Part shown: positions 1-9,730 of the stretch, one piece after another
Layout: each line of letters starts with the position of its first letter
Numbering within the stretch: the first letter of the stretch is position 1
Source: a virus
Length of the DNA stretch: 64,000 nucleotides
Virus record (IMG/VR): IMGVR_UViG_3300044695_004134
Location: 64,001-128,000 of that record
Reading direction: 5' to 3' (one strand)
The notes under the pieces: generated by a model
Database searches by the model: none
What the model saw: the letters and a program-made list of their open reading frames with translations, nothing else
Told to the model about the DNA's origin: nothing
Made by a program: the position numbers and the translations under genes

Positions 1-1
1 C

Positions 2-937
2 GTTCTTGATTTTTATAGTTCGACTTCAGGTCCAGCTGTATCAACGGCATATGCACATTTATATACTACTACCAGTTCACCTGCGAGTACTGAAAATACA
101 GATATATCAGCCCAAGTTGGCGCATACGACAATCCATCGTCCGGCCCAATTGGTCAACCTATGGTATACAGTAACCTTCCGACTATAGACTCAGGTTTAG
201 CTGTGAATAATTTTGGTACGATTGTCAAAAATAGATTGGTAGTGGAAGGAAATGACAATGTTTCTACCGGTGTCAGTGCCATCGGACTTAAAATTGTCAA
301 CAAAAGTCCTAACCCCGGTTCTGTCAACACGCCACTGGTATATCTACATCATAGAAGTCAATTTCCCACCACTGGTCCATCAGTTTATATGGCGTTTCAA
401 AATGGACCTACAGAAACTGGTTCCATTTTTACTTCATCCACAACAACAAGTTATTCGACAAGTTCGGATTACAGACTAAAAGAAAATATCAATCCTGTTG
501 AATCAGGACTCGACATTATTGCGGCACTTAGACCAAGATCGTGGACATGGAAAATAAATAATGAAGAAGATATGGGCTTTATTGCTCATGAAGTTCAAGA
601 AGATGCGCCACAAATTGCAGGTTCAGTGAGTGGTAAAAAAGATGAAGTCATACGTTTTGGTAAACTAATTGATGCAAACGGTGATGCTAAACTTGCCATG
701 GAAAGTGATGAGGAGTTACAAGTTCCAGAACCATCCGAAGAAGATGCCGCAAGATATGCCAGCGAAGGTTACACATGGACACACTTCAGAGATGAGCCTC
801 TCTATCAAGGAATCGACACATCATTTATGGTTGCTCCGCTTGTGTCGGCAGTTAAAGAACTAAAAGCTATTGTTGACCAACAACAAGCGCAAATAACAAC
901 ACTTGAACAGAGAATTACTGCTCTAGAGACTGCTTAA
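2..937 (+). CDS. Tail fibre/spike C-terminus with intramolecular chaperone (peptidase S74), 5' partial
   Basis: Frame is open from nt 2. It has SSDYRLKENI and GFIAHEVQE motifs and a C-terminal coiled coil (AVKELKAIVDQQQAQI). Confidence 0.9.
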   Translation, partial: VLDFYSSTSGPAVSTAYAHLYTTTSSPASTENTDISAQVGAYDNPSSGPIGQPMVYSNLPTIDSGLAVNNFGTIVKNRLVVEGNDNVSTGVSAIGLKIVNKSPNPGSVNTPLVYLHHRSQFPTTGPSVYMAFQNGPTETGSIFTSSTTTSYSTSSDYRLKENINPVESGLDIIAALRPRSWTWKINNEEDMGFIAHEVQEDAPQIAGSVSGKKDEVIRFGKLIDANGDAKLAMESDEELQVPEPSEEDAARYASEGYTWTHFRDEPLYQGIDTSFMVAPLVSAVKELKAIVDQQQAQITTLEQRITALETA

Positions 938-1650
938 TAAGCCGAAACACTAAATTCATGGATTTCTTTGAATTTAGTGGCCTTCTTTGAAATCGAAACA
1001 TTGAATTCATCCACTCTGAACAATAGTTCGAGTGGATTAATCATTCCCTCACTCATAATTTTATTAAATAGCCTTTTTGCGACACGGCAATCTATGGCAT
1101 ATGCATGTACACCCGCCGCACAAACCCAATTATCATTATGTTGATGGTAAAACATATCTGATAACATGTTTATCGAATTAAATCTAGGGTGCATGAGATC
1201 ATGTCTGTCATGTAAAATTGAATCATGTTCCAGTATTATGACAGGTTTATTGGTCCTTATCGAATAATCCCATGCAGTCATATGATTGAAAATTCTACAC
1301 ACATCAGAATAACTTAAATGTTGTCCGAACAGTTTAACTTGATACGGCCAAGAATTTTCAACAAAACCTATAGGTATTTCTACACAACTAAATGATTCTG
1401 AGTAATAATCCTTTAATGAAATATTTGGAACAAATCTATCTGGATAATAAAAGGACGATACAATAACCGGCTTATAGCCCAAGTTTTCAACCGATTTTTT
1501 AGCTCTCTCCACGTAGGGTCCTGAAATTATCAACACAGTATCTATGACATCCTCAACGACCAAAGGTAAATTCAGTCCATTAACGGCTGTTCTAGTTTTG
1601 AGTATGGCACCACTCTGCACATCCCTCACAAGTGTGTTTATTTTATCCAT
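934..1650 (-). CDS. GT25-like glycosyltransferase
   Basis: NHMTAW...PVIILEHDSI and HAYAID motifs; paralogous to the C-terminal domain of 1638..3098. Confidence 0.6.
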   Translation of the reverse strand: MDKINTLVRDVQSGAILKTRTAVNGLNLPLVVEDVIDTVLIISGPYVERAKKSVENLGYKPVIVSSFYYPDRFVPNISLKDYYSESFSCVEIPIGFVENSWPYQVKLFGQHLSYSDVCRIFNHMTAWDYSIRTNKPVIILEHDSILHDRHDLMHPRFNSINMLSDMFYHQHNDNWVCAAGVHAYAIDCRVAKRLFNKIMSEGMINPLELLFRVDEFNVSISKKATKFKEIHEFSVSAY

Positions 1651-3098
1651 AATTTGTCTCCATTATCTTTATTCCATGCAGGTTCTTGCATTACATCACT
1701 ATTTTTAACGATTCGGCTTACACCAGGCACAAAACATGTGGGCTTTCGATGATCGAAATTTTCGATGTCATATCGTTTAAGTGTTTCTGGTCTAATTGTT
1801 GACTCATCAAATGCGTTGGTGTTCTGTGCGGCAAAGAAACCTGATGTAATTATTGCGATATCATTTATGTTGACGAGTGTGTCGTTGGGTTGAGTCAGGC
1901 CTTGATTTATAACTGTAGTCAATAGCTTCTTTGCCGCATATGGATCTATTGCATATGCATGTTGACCCAACTGATACAAGTAGTTTTCATTTGCAACATT
2001 TAAAAATGGAAAATCATTGAAGGTATGCAATTCATTTTCTTTTAAATATTCCTGAAGCATACTTATATTTTGTAATTTTAATTTCGCTATTGCTTCATTT
2101 GTCCAGTACATATGTCCTAGTGTATCGACACAACACAGACCTGGCATTTTTGTATATTTTTTCAGCATCAATGCATCATGTTCGAGAATCACGATTGGTT
2201 TATTAATGCTCACACAATGTGCCCATAAAGCAATGTGACTCATTGCACATGCAATTTCGGAAGGCGACAATAGATGATCCGCAACCTTGATCCACTTGAT
2301 CCATTGCTGATCCTTCAAGTGATCCGGCGTTTTGATAACTTTTCTGTCTGTTCCATCGAAACCTGGAAATAGTTCATACTTCATACCGACAGCATTTAGG
2401 GAATCGACACACCTTGCTGTGCATTTTTCTGAAGTTTCATTTCCCGGAAGAGTGATAACATATGCACAATCTACAATTGTGTCGTAATTATTATATACAC
2501 TCAAGTGAGTATCCGTATTTACCTCAACCAGGTGTTCAACGATTTTTGGTTTTTTGTATATCCAATTATTCTGATAAATGTCAACGTTATCAAGTAACTG
2601 CATAATTGCTTGATGCACTCCATCATGACCTTTTTGGAAAACATCATTACCACATAGATATCCACCTGGCTTAACTTTATCGAACCATGCCATAATGTCT
2701 CTACGCACACCCTCAAGTGTGTGGTCACCATCAATGAAAACGAAATCTAGTGAATCATCCGCATACATTCCTGCAATGTTTGAACTGTCGCCAACTATAG
2801 TGTTCACATATTTTTTTACAGGTTCAATATTGCTTAAATATTCCTGATATAGTGTATCATTTATAATACACGGTAGATTTTGATGTTCTGGTGATCCTTT
2901 AAATGTGTCAACAACGTCAAATTTAATTTTTTTGCCAGAATTTTTAATTTCGACGGCCATAAAGGAAGTTGATTTTCCTTTCCATGCGCCAATTTCAACA
3001 AAATGTGCTCCGTCTTTTGCTGATTTAACCATCTCAGCGTATATGTTTGATTGAGGTGCATCAAACCAACCTTCAATACCCCAATGAAAATATTCCAT
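1638..3098 (-). CDS. Class I SAM methyltransferase (Methyltransf_24-like) fused to a GT25 glycosyltransferase
   Basis: N-terminal VEIGAWKGKS, FVFIDGDH, KPGGYLCG; C-terminal ACAMSHIALW, VILEHDA, HAYAIDP. Confidence 0.75.
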   Translation of the reverse strand: MEYFHWGIEGWFDAPQSNIYAEMVKSAKDGAHFVEIGAWKGKSTSFMAVEIKNSGKKIKFDVVDTFKGSPEHQNLPCIINDTLYQEYLSNIEPVKKYVNTIVGDSSNIAGMYADDSLDFVFIDGDHTLEGVRRDIMAWFDKVKPGGYLCGNDVFQKGHDGVHQAIMQLLDNVDIYQNNWIYKKPKIVEHLVEVNTDTHLSVYNNYDTIVDCAYVITLPGNETSEKCTARCVDSLNAVGMKYELFPGFDGTDRKVIKTPDHLKDQQWIKWIKVADHLLSPSEIACAMSHIALWAHCVSINKPIVILEHDALMLKKYTKMPGLCCVDTLGHMYWTNEAIAKLKLQNISMLQEYLKENELHTFNDFPFLNVANENYLYQLGQHAYAIDPYAAKKLLTTVINQGLTQPNDTLVNINDIAIITSGFFAAQNTNAFDESTIRPETLKRYDIENFDHRKPTCFVPGVSRIVKNSDVMQEPAWNKDNGDKLWIK

Positions 3099-3108
3099 AA
3101 TTATCCTA

Positions 3109-3777
3109 TCACTTATTTTTCAAATAAAATTCAATATGCTCTACTAATGTATGTATATGATCTTCGGTCCTCTCAATGAAGATAAGTGGACTTTCATTCT
3201 CAACAGCCATAACAATCACAATCTGGTTGATCGGAACACCAACATGTTCTTCATACATGCCAGAATATGCAGTACACTGTGCAAAATAGTCCTGTATGTC
3301 TTCCTTCTGTTTAATCTTCTTAGAAGTTTTGAAGTCAATTACAGAGAGTACACCGTCCCATTCAGCAATCAAGTCAACACGACCAGCCATACCAATACGT
3401 TCAGACCATAGAGCCTGTTCAATGTAGTGTATATTATTGATTCTTTGCACAGAAGGAATCAGTGTGCGGAACATCTCCACAGCATCCGGCATTTCACGCA
3501 CCCAATCAATCTTTTCGTTCTTTAGGTACCGTTCTGCGAGGTCATGCACACGATTACCACGACCAGTTGCAAGTTTGGAAATACGGTTGGCTTCTACTTC
3601 ACCAACCTTATTTCTCCACTCCATGATTGCTTGTTTCTTCATTGCACCAACAACAGTCGTGACCGATGGCAAGCGTTTACCGCTAGGTGAAGTGTAGTAG
3701 CGTTTGCCGTCAGAGTGTGTTTCCGATTTTAGGTCAGGAAGGACCATTGGTGGGCAATGTGTAAACATATTAATCAA
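3109..3777 (-). CDS. Cas4-like/PD-(D/E)xK exonuclease (exonuclease A of T4-like phages)
   Basis: LPSVTTV, RGNRVH, AGRVDLI, IDFKTS, YFAQCTAY motifs. Confidence 0.85.
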   Translation of the reverse strand: MINMFTHCPPMVLPDLKSETHSDGKRYYTSPSGKRLPSVTTVVGAMKKQAIMEWRNKVGEVEANRISKLATGRGNRVHDLAERYLKNEKIDWVREMPDAVEMFRTLIPSVQRINNIHYIEQALWSERIGMAGRVDLIAEWDGVLSVIDFKTSKKIKQKEDIQDYFAQCTAYSGMYEEHVGVPINQIVIVMAVENESPLIFIERTEDHIHTLVEHIEFYLKNK

Positions 3778-4111
3778 ATAATTTTAGTGCATCTTCATAT
3801 GTAATATTCAGATTATAATTGGTGGAAAGATATTTGGCAAATACCTGTTTGCTTACGAATTTATTGTATTCGAATTCAAGTTGTTTTCTGAATGCTTCTA
3901 GTTCATACTGTAGCCGCTTTTCTTTTGAAAAAAGGTAAAACAAACCATTAATACCTAATGTTCTCCAAAACTGATTCACGTGAACCTTTTCATGTTCAAG
4001 GAGTGGAATGTTTCCTTTGACCGAAGGTCGTAAAAGTATGATGAAAGCCACAGTGTAACCTGCGAACCTTTTTGGCATCAAGTTCGTGTAGAACACTAGG
4101 TAATTTTTCAT
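3770..4111 (-). CDS. Small HExxH (zincin-like) protein
   Basis: LLEHEKVHVNQ motif with a downstream Glu. Confidence 0.5.
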   Translation of the reverse strand: MKNYLVFYTNLMPKRFAGYTVAFIILLRPSVKGNIPLLEHEKVHVNQFWRTLGINGLFYLFSKEKRLQYELEAFRKQLEFEYNKFVSKQVFAKYLSTNYNLNITYEDALKLFD

Positions 4112-4356
4112 TCTAATTCAACCTCAATTTGTTTGAAACGTTTCTCCTGAATCGTTTCTTCTTTCCAAACCTTCCGTGGATTACCACACATGATACAACC
4201 AGGACGACCACAATCTAATGCATGGTGTTTAGCCAGCTTATGCGGCTCTTTCACTTCAATGCCATGTGACTTCGCAATCTTTACCTGTTTCTTTATAGCC
4301 GTTTCATCAGCATGAATACGTTTGCTGTGTTTGATTTTGTCTCTTTCTGTACTCAT
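4108..4356 (-). CDS. Hypothetical basic protein with C-x4-C-x2-C motif
   Basis: CGRPGCIMCGNPR; overlaps both neighbours by 4 nt. Confidence 0.7.
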   Translation of the reverse strand: MSTERDKIKHSKRIHADETAIKKQVKIAKSHGIEVKEPHKLAKHHALDCGRPGCIMCGNPRKVWKEETIQEKRFKQIEVELE

Positions 4357-5123
4357 TCTGCATCCTCATATTTTAGTTTGGCGATAATGTAGTCCTTAAC
4401 AAGAGAACTACGGACAATATCATCAACAGTAAATTCAATCTTTGTAAATGCTTTCATGTGATATGCAACATCAAAGAATTTTAGAATACCTGAAACATCA
4501 TTCTTCTTCTTGTTCAAATCTGTTTGGCGGTAATCACCACACCAAATAATCTTTGAACGGTAACCAACACGTGTCATTACAGTGTCAATCTCCTCGAATG
4601 TCATGTTTTGCATTTCATCCACAATAATAATTGCATCATCAAATGACATACCACGAATGAAAGATGTTGAGATAAATTCTACAAAACCTTGTTCAGCCAA
4701 TCTTTGATAACCATCTTTTCTACCAAAAAGTGTATCACAAATTTGAACATATGGTTGTTGATAAATCTCCATCTTCTCCGTTACATCACCTGGTAAGTGA
4801 CCGATTTCTCGACCTTGTACGGCTGAACGTACAATAATAACTTTCTTAAATGGATTATTTTTATCCAGAACTTCTTCTAGTGCCTTGTACAATGCACAAA
4901 AAGTTTTACCTGTACCTGCTACACCATGTAGTGCTAAGAAATAGTCTCCTCTTTTGTATGCATCAAAGAACAATCTTTGATTCTCTGTCAATGGCTCAAA
5001 CGTTTTTAGATGGTCTAGTTTGATTTTTAGTGTATTGTTTATTGCGGGTTGATGTGTATGTGTATATTCATCCATACTAATAACATCATTCCTTTTTTGT
5101 ACCGGAGATTTTCTGCTGGCCAT
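4353..5123 (-). CDS. phoH: PhoH-family ATPase
   Basis: GVAGTGKT, IGHLPG, FIRGMSF, IIVDEMQN, CGDYRQTD. Confidence 0.95.
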   Translation of the reverse strand: MASRKSPVQKRNDVISMDEYTHTHQPAINNTLKIKLDHLKTFEPLTENQRLFFDAYKRGDYFLALHGVAGTGKTFCALYKALEEVLDKNNPFKKVIIVRSAVQGREIGHLPGDVTEKMEIYQQPYVQICDTLFGRKDGYQRLAEQGFVEFISTSFIRGMSFDDAIIIVDEMQNMTFEEIDTVMTRVGYRSKIIWCGDYRQTDLNKKKNDVSGILKFFDVAYHMKAFTKIEFTVDDIVRSSLVKDYIIAKLKYEDAE

Positions 5124-5146
5124 TAATACCTCTTGTTGTTAGTTTA

Positions 5147-5428
5147 TTACCATTCCCTGCCCATTTTCGTTTTGTGAGATTTTGCTAACGTGTTTCCTGG
5201 GACAGTATCCTTAATTCTCTGAATAACCCCTTTCTCGAACGCTGAATCGTAAGACTTGGTTCCTGGAACGCTCATACGAGCCGCATCCGAGAACCTAGGC
5301 AAATCTTCTGGAGCAAAGTACCGCTCCAGATGTGTGTTATCTTCTTTGAATTTATCGTATTCGGATAGTTTAAGAATATGTTCCTCAACTTCACCGGTGT
5401 TTGAGTTTTTGAATGTGTAAGTAGGCAT
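5147..5428 (-). CDS. FmdB-like small protein
   Basis: MPTYTF N-terminus, typical of the gene next to phoH in T4-like phages; no Cys ligands. Confidence 0.55.
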   Translation of the reverse strand: MPTYTFKNSNTGEVEEHILKLSEYDKFKEDNTHLERYFAPEDLPRFSDAARMSVPGTKSYDSAFEKGVIQRIKDTVPGNTLAKSHKTKMGREW

Positions 5429-6006
5429 TATAAATTAAATACAATTGAAATACGTGGATCGGTTGATTGATTTGGTAACACTTCGTGATATAACCATGCA
5501 GGCCACATCAACAGTAAACCTGGATATGGTTTGTAATCAAAGTGTTTATATGCATACCAGTTTGTTGGATCTTTTACAAGAAACATGTAATCGAAAAAGT
5601 CCCTAAATGGTTGATTAGGTGAAAACCTAATGTCGGCGGAACCCGGTGGAGTTTGCAGATAGAAAATACCAGAAATAGAACACTGTGAGTGTACATGTTT
5701 TCCGTGTGCAGAACCTTCTTGGAAGTAATTCAAGAAAAAATAGGGATTGAAAATAACATTTGATTGATACCCTTGCAGTTCCAAGAATTCACGACCCCTA
5801 CCCATAATGAATTTACAGAATTCAGCATAGTCCGGATGCGTAGGTAAATCCAAATTCATGTTATGCGTAGTCTTACCGTTCGCATAAAAGTCTTGATTCG
5901 ATGGTTGTGTTTCAAAATAGTTCTTTACTTTGGGTAAAAGAACATCAACCCATTCTAGATGGTCTTCTCGACCAACTGTAGATGGGAAAAAATTATCAAG
6001 TATCAT
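5428..6006 (-). CDS. 2OG-Fe(II) oxygenase (TIGR02466-like)
   Basis: HVH, SGIFYL, WPAWLYHEV, RISIVFN; start taken at the ATG at 6006. Confidence 0.85.
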   Translation of the reverse strand: MILDNFFPSTVGREDHLEWVDVLLPKVKNYFETQPSNQDFYANGKTTHNMNLDLPTHPDYAEFCKFIMGRGREFLELQGYQSNVIFNPYFFLNYFQEGSAHGKHVHSQCSISGIFYLQTPPGSADIRFSPNQPFRDFFDYMFLVKDPTNWYAYKHFDYKPYPGLLLMWPAWLYHEVLPNQSTDPRISIVFNL

Positions 6007-6265
6007 ATGGTAAAAATACCTCAAGTTTTTTAAGTTTAGCCTCGATGGCGACATTTAAATCGTTCTCAGTGATATTTATGTCGGTTTCTTCCATCAGAAC
6101 TTTGATAATTGCTAAAACATCACCGATTTCGGTAATAAGAGACTGTCTATTTGTGATGCCTTGCCATTCACCATGCATTCCAAAACGATTAATTTTAGAT
6201 ACTGCTTGAATCACTTCTGCACATTCTTCTTGAAGTACGGCCATCACCGTTTGTGTATTTCTCAT
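5996..6265 (-). CDS. MazG-like NTP pyrophosphatase
   Basis: QEECAEVIQAVSK...EIGDVL; ATGA overlap with the upstream gene. Confidence 0.75.
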   Translation of the reverse strand: MRNTQTVMAVLQEECAEVIQAVSKINRFGMHGEWQGITNRQSLITEIGDVLAIIKVLMEETDINITENDLNVAIEAKLKKLEVFLPYDT

Positions 6266-6807
6266 TGTTGATACCATGTAGGGGTTGGACGTGAATTGAT
6301 TTTGCCTTGCCATGTTGCAAAGCCACGTTTTGAAATATTGTAATAGTTGTGATAAGACGCCAATGAATTACCTGGAATTTTTATATCATTTGGCATTGCT
6401 GGTGTCGGTTCAGTGAAGTCACCGATTTTAATTTTGCTTGGAGGGAAACGGAGGGCATCTTTGAGCCTTGCACATGCATGAATCTTACCATAACGAAACG
6501 TGTATTCTTCTAGCAAGTGTAGCCACATGCGATAGAGCCAGTGATAGTTGGACAGATTCATACGGCACCAGATAGCGGAAGGATGATTGATGTGTGATGC
6601 CTTCATCAACTGTTGCTCACGTTCATCATCAAGACACCAACGTTTGATTTTACGACCAGATGATGCATCGATATATTCTTCACCGTCAATCACACGGTGT
6701 GCAGTTGACATGAGTTGGGCGTATTCGATAATCATTTTGACAACGTGTTTTGAGATATGCATCTCAGCACAAGTTTTTGGATGTGGGTCAAGATAGAAGA
6801 TGTTCAT
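6262..6807 (-). CDS. Pyrimidine-dimer DNA glycosylase (DenV-like family)
   Basis: MNIFYLD, KHVVKMIIEYAQLMS, HINHPS, EYTFRYGKIH motifs. Confidence 0.8.
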   Translation of the reverse strand: MNIFYLDPHPKTCAEMHISKHVVKMIIEYAQLMSTAHRVIDGEEYIDASSGRKIKRWCLDDEREQQLMKASHINHPSAIWCRMNLSNYHWLYRMWLHLLEEYTFRYGKIHACARLKDALRFPPSKIKIGDFTEPTPAMPNDIKIPGNSLASYHNYYNISKRGFATWQGKINSRPTPTWYQQ

Positions 6808-6811
6808 GTTT

Positions 6812-6994
6812 TCACCAATGGCGGATTACGCCTGCAATAATAAAAAAGTTTGTGATGATATACAATAATACAATAAGAGTGCGTATGATGGCAACCTTAT
6901 CGGCTTTGTGGTCATTTGGATGTGCTTTCTCACCCAATGCTTTAGCCCAGAGTGTCCACCAATATTTAAGGTATAATTTAAGTCTGTACCTCAT
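6812..6994 (-). CDS. Small membrane protein
   Basis: WAKALGEKA followed by a hydrophobic C-terminal helix. Confidence 0.65.
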   Translation of the reverse strand: MRYRLKLYLKYWWTLWAKALGEKAHPNDHKADKVAIIRTLIVLLYIITNFFIIAGVIRHW

Positions 6995-7790
6995 CTACAA
7001 TGTATCCTTTTTCTTTTAGGTTTTCAATATCCATTTCAAAATATGGATACAATATTGTAGCAGGAACCACAGGCGTTGTCAATACCATTTCTTGAATATT
7101 TTCGGGCCATCTTCCTTCCATTTCCATGAATCTCCATTTGTATAGGAAATTAGCCCATGATAGGCCTCTGTATTTGTGTGAACGTGATTGTTCCTCATAA
7201 CGTTCAGTGTGCGGCTCTGGACGTTTTGCAAGATGAACGGATGGTTGCCATACACGACCATGTGCAAAATCATTGATTGAAGATTTTTCTGGTAAGTATT
7301 TTATTGCTCTGAGAAAATAATCACCTTCACCAAAACCATAGTGAAAACGTTCATCCCACATGCCAATCTTCTTTACTGCGTTTGGTTTATATGCACACAC
7401 CATATCACCGGCATCATCGGCATAGAAATCATACTGTTCCATTACTCTGAGCAATCGTGGAATCCAATCGTAGTTCCAAATCGTGTCATCTTGTGCAGTG
7501 ACAACGATATCAGCATCAGGTTCATTTAGATTTTTGAAACCATGAATGAGTGCCGTGTTCCACATACGTGCAAGCATAGCAGTTGCAAAGTCTGGAGTTC
7601 CAGTATTATGAATCACGTTCACATGGTATACATACCGTGGTTCTATTACAAAGTTTGTATGATTATTGATGATGTTAACGTGAATATCGACACCATCGGG
7701 TATATGATTAAAACCTTCAAATAACGTATGAAGATTAATATCCAGGGCTAATGGATCCTGCCACGTTACAATGAAGATTTTAATTTTCAT
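6978..7790 (-). CDS. GT-A-fold glycosyltransferase-like protein
   Basis: VVTAQDD, GMWDERF and GEGDYFLR motifs. Confidence 0.6.
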   Translation of the reverse strand: MKIKIFIVTWQDPLALDINLHTLFEGFNHIPDGVDIHVNIINNHTNFVIEPRYVYHVNVIHNTGTPDFATAMLARMWNTALIHGFKNLNEPDADIVVTAQDDTIWNYDWIPRLLRVMEQYDFYADDAGDMVCAYKPNAVKKIGMWDERFHYGFGEGDYFLRAIKYLPEKSSINDFAHGRVWQPSVHLAKRPEPHTERYEEQSRSHKYRGLSWANFLYKWRFMEMEGRWPENIQEMVLTTPVVPATILYPYFEMDIENLKEKGYIVDEVQT

Positions 7791-8074
7791 GCAAGCATCC
7801 TAATCAAACCAACAGAATCAATTGTTACAAGTAACATGTAGTTAGCCAACATGCCAAATGATTTCCGAGTAAAAGCAGCCCAAGCATAGAGACCACAGCC
7901 AACAATCCAGATAGGATATAGAACAAGTAGTGGAGGACTGGGTACAGTAAGAGCCATGGTAATCGAACAGCCGATACTAATAGCCCAAGCCAACAACTCA
8001 ATGCAAAAACGAAAACGATTAGAACGCCAATCATCTTTAATCCATCCAAAGATACCTAAGAGTAAATTGTTCAT
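7787..8074 (-). CDS. Small multi-pass membrane protein
   Basis: About three hydrophobic segments. Confidence 0.65.
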   Translation of the reverse strand: MNNLLLGIFGWIKDDWRSNRFRFCIELLAWAISIGCSITMALTVPSPPLLVLYPIWIVGCGLYAWAAFTRKSFGMLANYMLLVTIDSVGLIRMLA

Positions 8075-8079
8075 TTATT

Positions 8080-8388
8080 TTATAGTTTTGGAATATCAAA
8101 CTCAACACCTTTTCCATCTTCTTGCGCTTTGATGGAGTTCGTTTCTTTCTTTGCTTTAGGGAAACGTTTTGCAATGTCTTCGGCGGTTACCGTGGACATA
8201 GCAAACTGCACAAATGCGGAGTAATCATCAGATACCGTCATGGTACGTGGACCACCAGCCTCTATTGCAGAAAAATAGAGAACACAACCACCAGCAACGA
8301 GTGGTGCAATCTCAATGATATTATCTAGATTGATAATAAGTTTGCAGTTCTTAGGTGCAATAGAATTAACTTCAACGAATGTAGCCAT
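8080..8388 (-). CDS. Hypothetical protein
   Basis: ORF with a GAGG RBS. Confidence 0.7.
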   Translation of the reverse strand: MATFVEVNSIAPKNCKLIINLDNIIEIAPLVAGGCVLYFSAIEAGGPRTMTVSDDYSAFVQFAMSTVTAEDIAKRFPKAKKETNSIKAQEDGKGVEFDIPKL

Positions 8389-8831
8389 AATAACCTCTTA
8401 ATAAAAAAAATAAAAACCAATCAACATCATAAAACAAAAAACGCCAAAAGTCAAGGCGTATACCTTTTTCTTTCGGCGTTCTTCGATTTCTTGATATATC
8501 TTTACCTGTTCCAGGAATAACTCAAAATTGTCCATAATAAAACCAGAATTGTTTCAGATAGTTTATTTAGCTGTCACGGTATCAATCTGATTTTTTAAAA
8601 TTTCAACTGTTGCGGCTAATTCTTCGTTAACACGAATGCCATCTAAATTCAGTTCTTGGATTCTATTTTCCAATTGCTTCATTTCGGCAATCATCTTATC
8701 AAATTCTTGTTCAATTACGTTTTGCATGTTAGTACATTCCTGTATTCTTTGGATTCTTACGAAATTCTATTAGAAATTCGCAAAACATTTCCAGTGCTTG
8801 TTTAATTAAAGACATGTTTGTCTCCAATTAT

Positions 8832-9050
8832 TTAGACGGCCTTAGCCGCTTTTTGCACTGCGTTTGTTGCTTCTTCTGAAACGTGTGTGGAAATATCAGT
8901 GAATGATTTGAAAATTTGTTTTGTGAATGCGGTTTGTGCATCAACAAATGCGTTGAGTGGCTTACGAATCTTTTCATCAGTAATGAAAGCGGATACGAAA
9001 TACTTTTTGGAACCTTGGACGGTATCGATGAATGTGTCTGTTGCGAACAT
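8832..9050 (-). CDS. Small amphipathic helical protein, phasin-like
   Basis: Ala/Thr/Gln/Lys-rich amphipathic sequence, AGGAG RBS, PhaR-type operator upstream. Confidence 0.5.
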   Translation of the reverse strand: MFATDTFIDTVQGSKKYFVSAFITDEKIRKPLNAFVDAQTAFTKQIFKSFTDISTHVSEEATNAVQKAAKAV

Positions 9051-9114
9051 TGTTTTCTCCTAAATTTAGCGAGGGTTAATAAAAATAGTAATCTATATTA
9101 GCATTACTACTTAG

Positions 9115-9145
9115 ATTATATAGGTTTCTATGATGCGGTGCAACA
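9115..9145 (-). promoter_or_regulatory. Sigma70 promoter TTGCAC-17-TATAAT overlapped by a PhaR-like site TGTTGCACCGCATCA
   Basis: -10 at 9115-9120, -35 at 9138-9143, TGC-N3-GCA dyad at 9131-9145. Confidence 0.65.
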
Positions 9146-9167
9146 TGGATTCCATAGAATGCCATGT

Positions 9168-9425
9168 CTAAAGTTTTTCAATGTAGTTGTATTGAAGGTG
9201 CCGTTTAGCCTCATGTACCGAATGGGTTTTGTGGCCATTGATATAGATGACCTTCGGTGAATACACCAAAATCTCACCCTCAATCATTTTCAGGCGATAA
9301 AAGGTTTTACCTTTTGAATCAACTTCTTTGGTCCGGATATCACGGAAATTCTCAGCGAGACCTGCCCACATAAGTGTTTCACGAATCTCATCCGAGATTA
9401 ACATACGAAAATAATTTGCGTTCAT
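9168..9425 (-). CDS. Hypothetical protein
   Basis: ORF directly below an early promoter. Confidence 0.65.
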   Translation of the reverse strand: MNANYFRMLISDEIRETLMWAGLAENFRDIRTKEVDSKGKTFYRLKMIEGEILVYSPKVIYINGHKTHSVHEAKRHLQYNYIEKL

Positions 9426-9430
9426 AATAT

Positions 9431-9492
9431 ATTATAACATAATCACATCAAAATGGCAAGTGTTATTTCACGTTTGTTGCAAAAAAACAACA
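9431..9492 (-). promoter_or_regulatory. Early promoter TTGCCA-17-TATAAT with TGTTG-N8-CAACA operator
   Basis: -10 at 9431-36, -35 at 9454-59, palindrome at 9475-92. Confidence 0.8.
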
Positions 9493-9493
9493 G

Positions 9494-9525
9494 AAAAAGA
9501 CGCACCAGGAACGTCCTGGAGCGCC
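9494..9525 (-). terminator. Rho-independent terminator
   Basis: GCGCTCCAGGA-CGT-TCCTGGTGCGT followed by CTTTTT on the minus strand. Confidence 0.7.
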
Positions 9526-9529
9526 TAGG

Positions 9530-9730
9530 TCACTTAATGCTAGCCAGAGTGTCGACCAGTCGATTCCATTCACCAGGGTTCAGGAAAAACTCAACCTTAG
9601 ACTGGATGGCATCAGGAAACTTAGCACCTTGATATTTAATCGAAAGTGTTACATGTTTTAGTTCACGAATATCTTCAACATCGAGAAAATATTGATATTG
9701 TTGATATTGGTCAGAAATTTCATACTTCAT
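9530..9730 (-). CDS. Hypothetical protein
   Basis: ATGA-coupled to the upstream ATPase gene. Confidence 0.7.
   Translation of the reverse strand: MKYEISDQYQQYQYFLDVEDIRELKHVTLSIKYQGAKFPDAIQSKVEFFLNPGEWNRLVDTLASIK

Noticed and set aside
3109-3777. Cas4 as evidence of a CRISPR system
   Set aside because: Standalone Cas4-like exonucleases are ordinary in T4-like phages, and there is no array or cas1/cas2.
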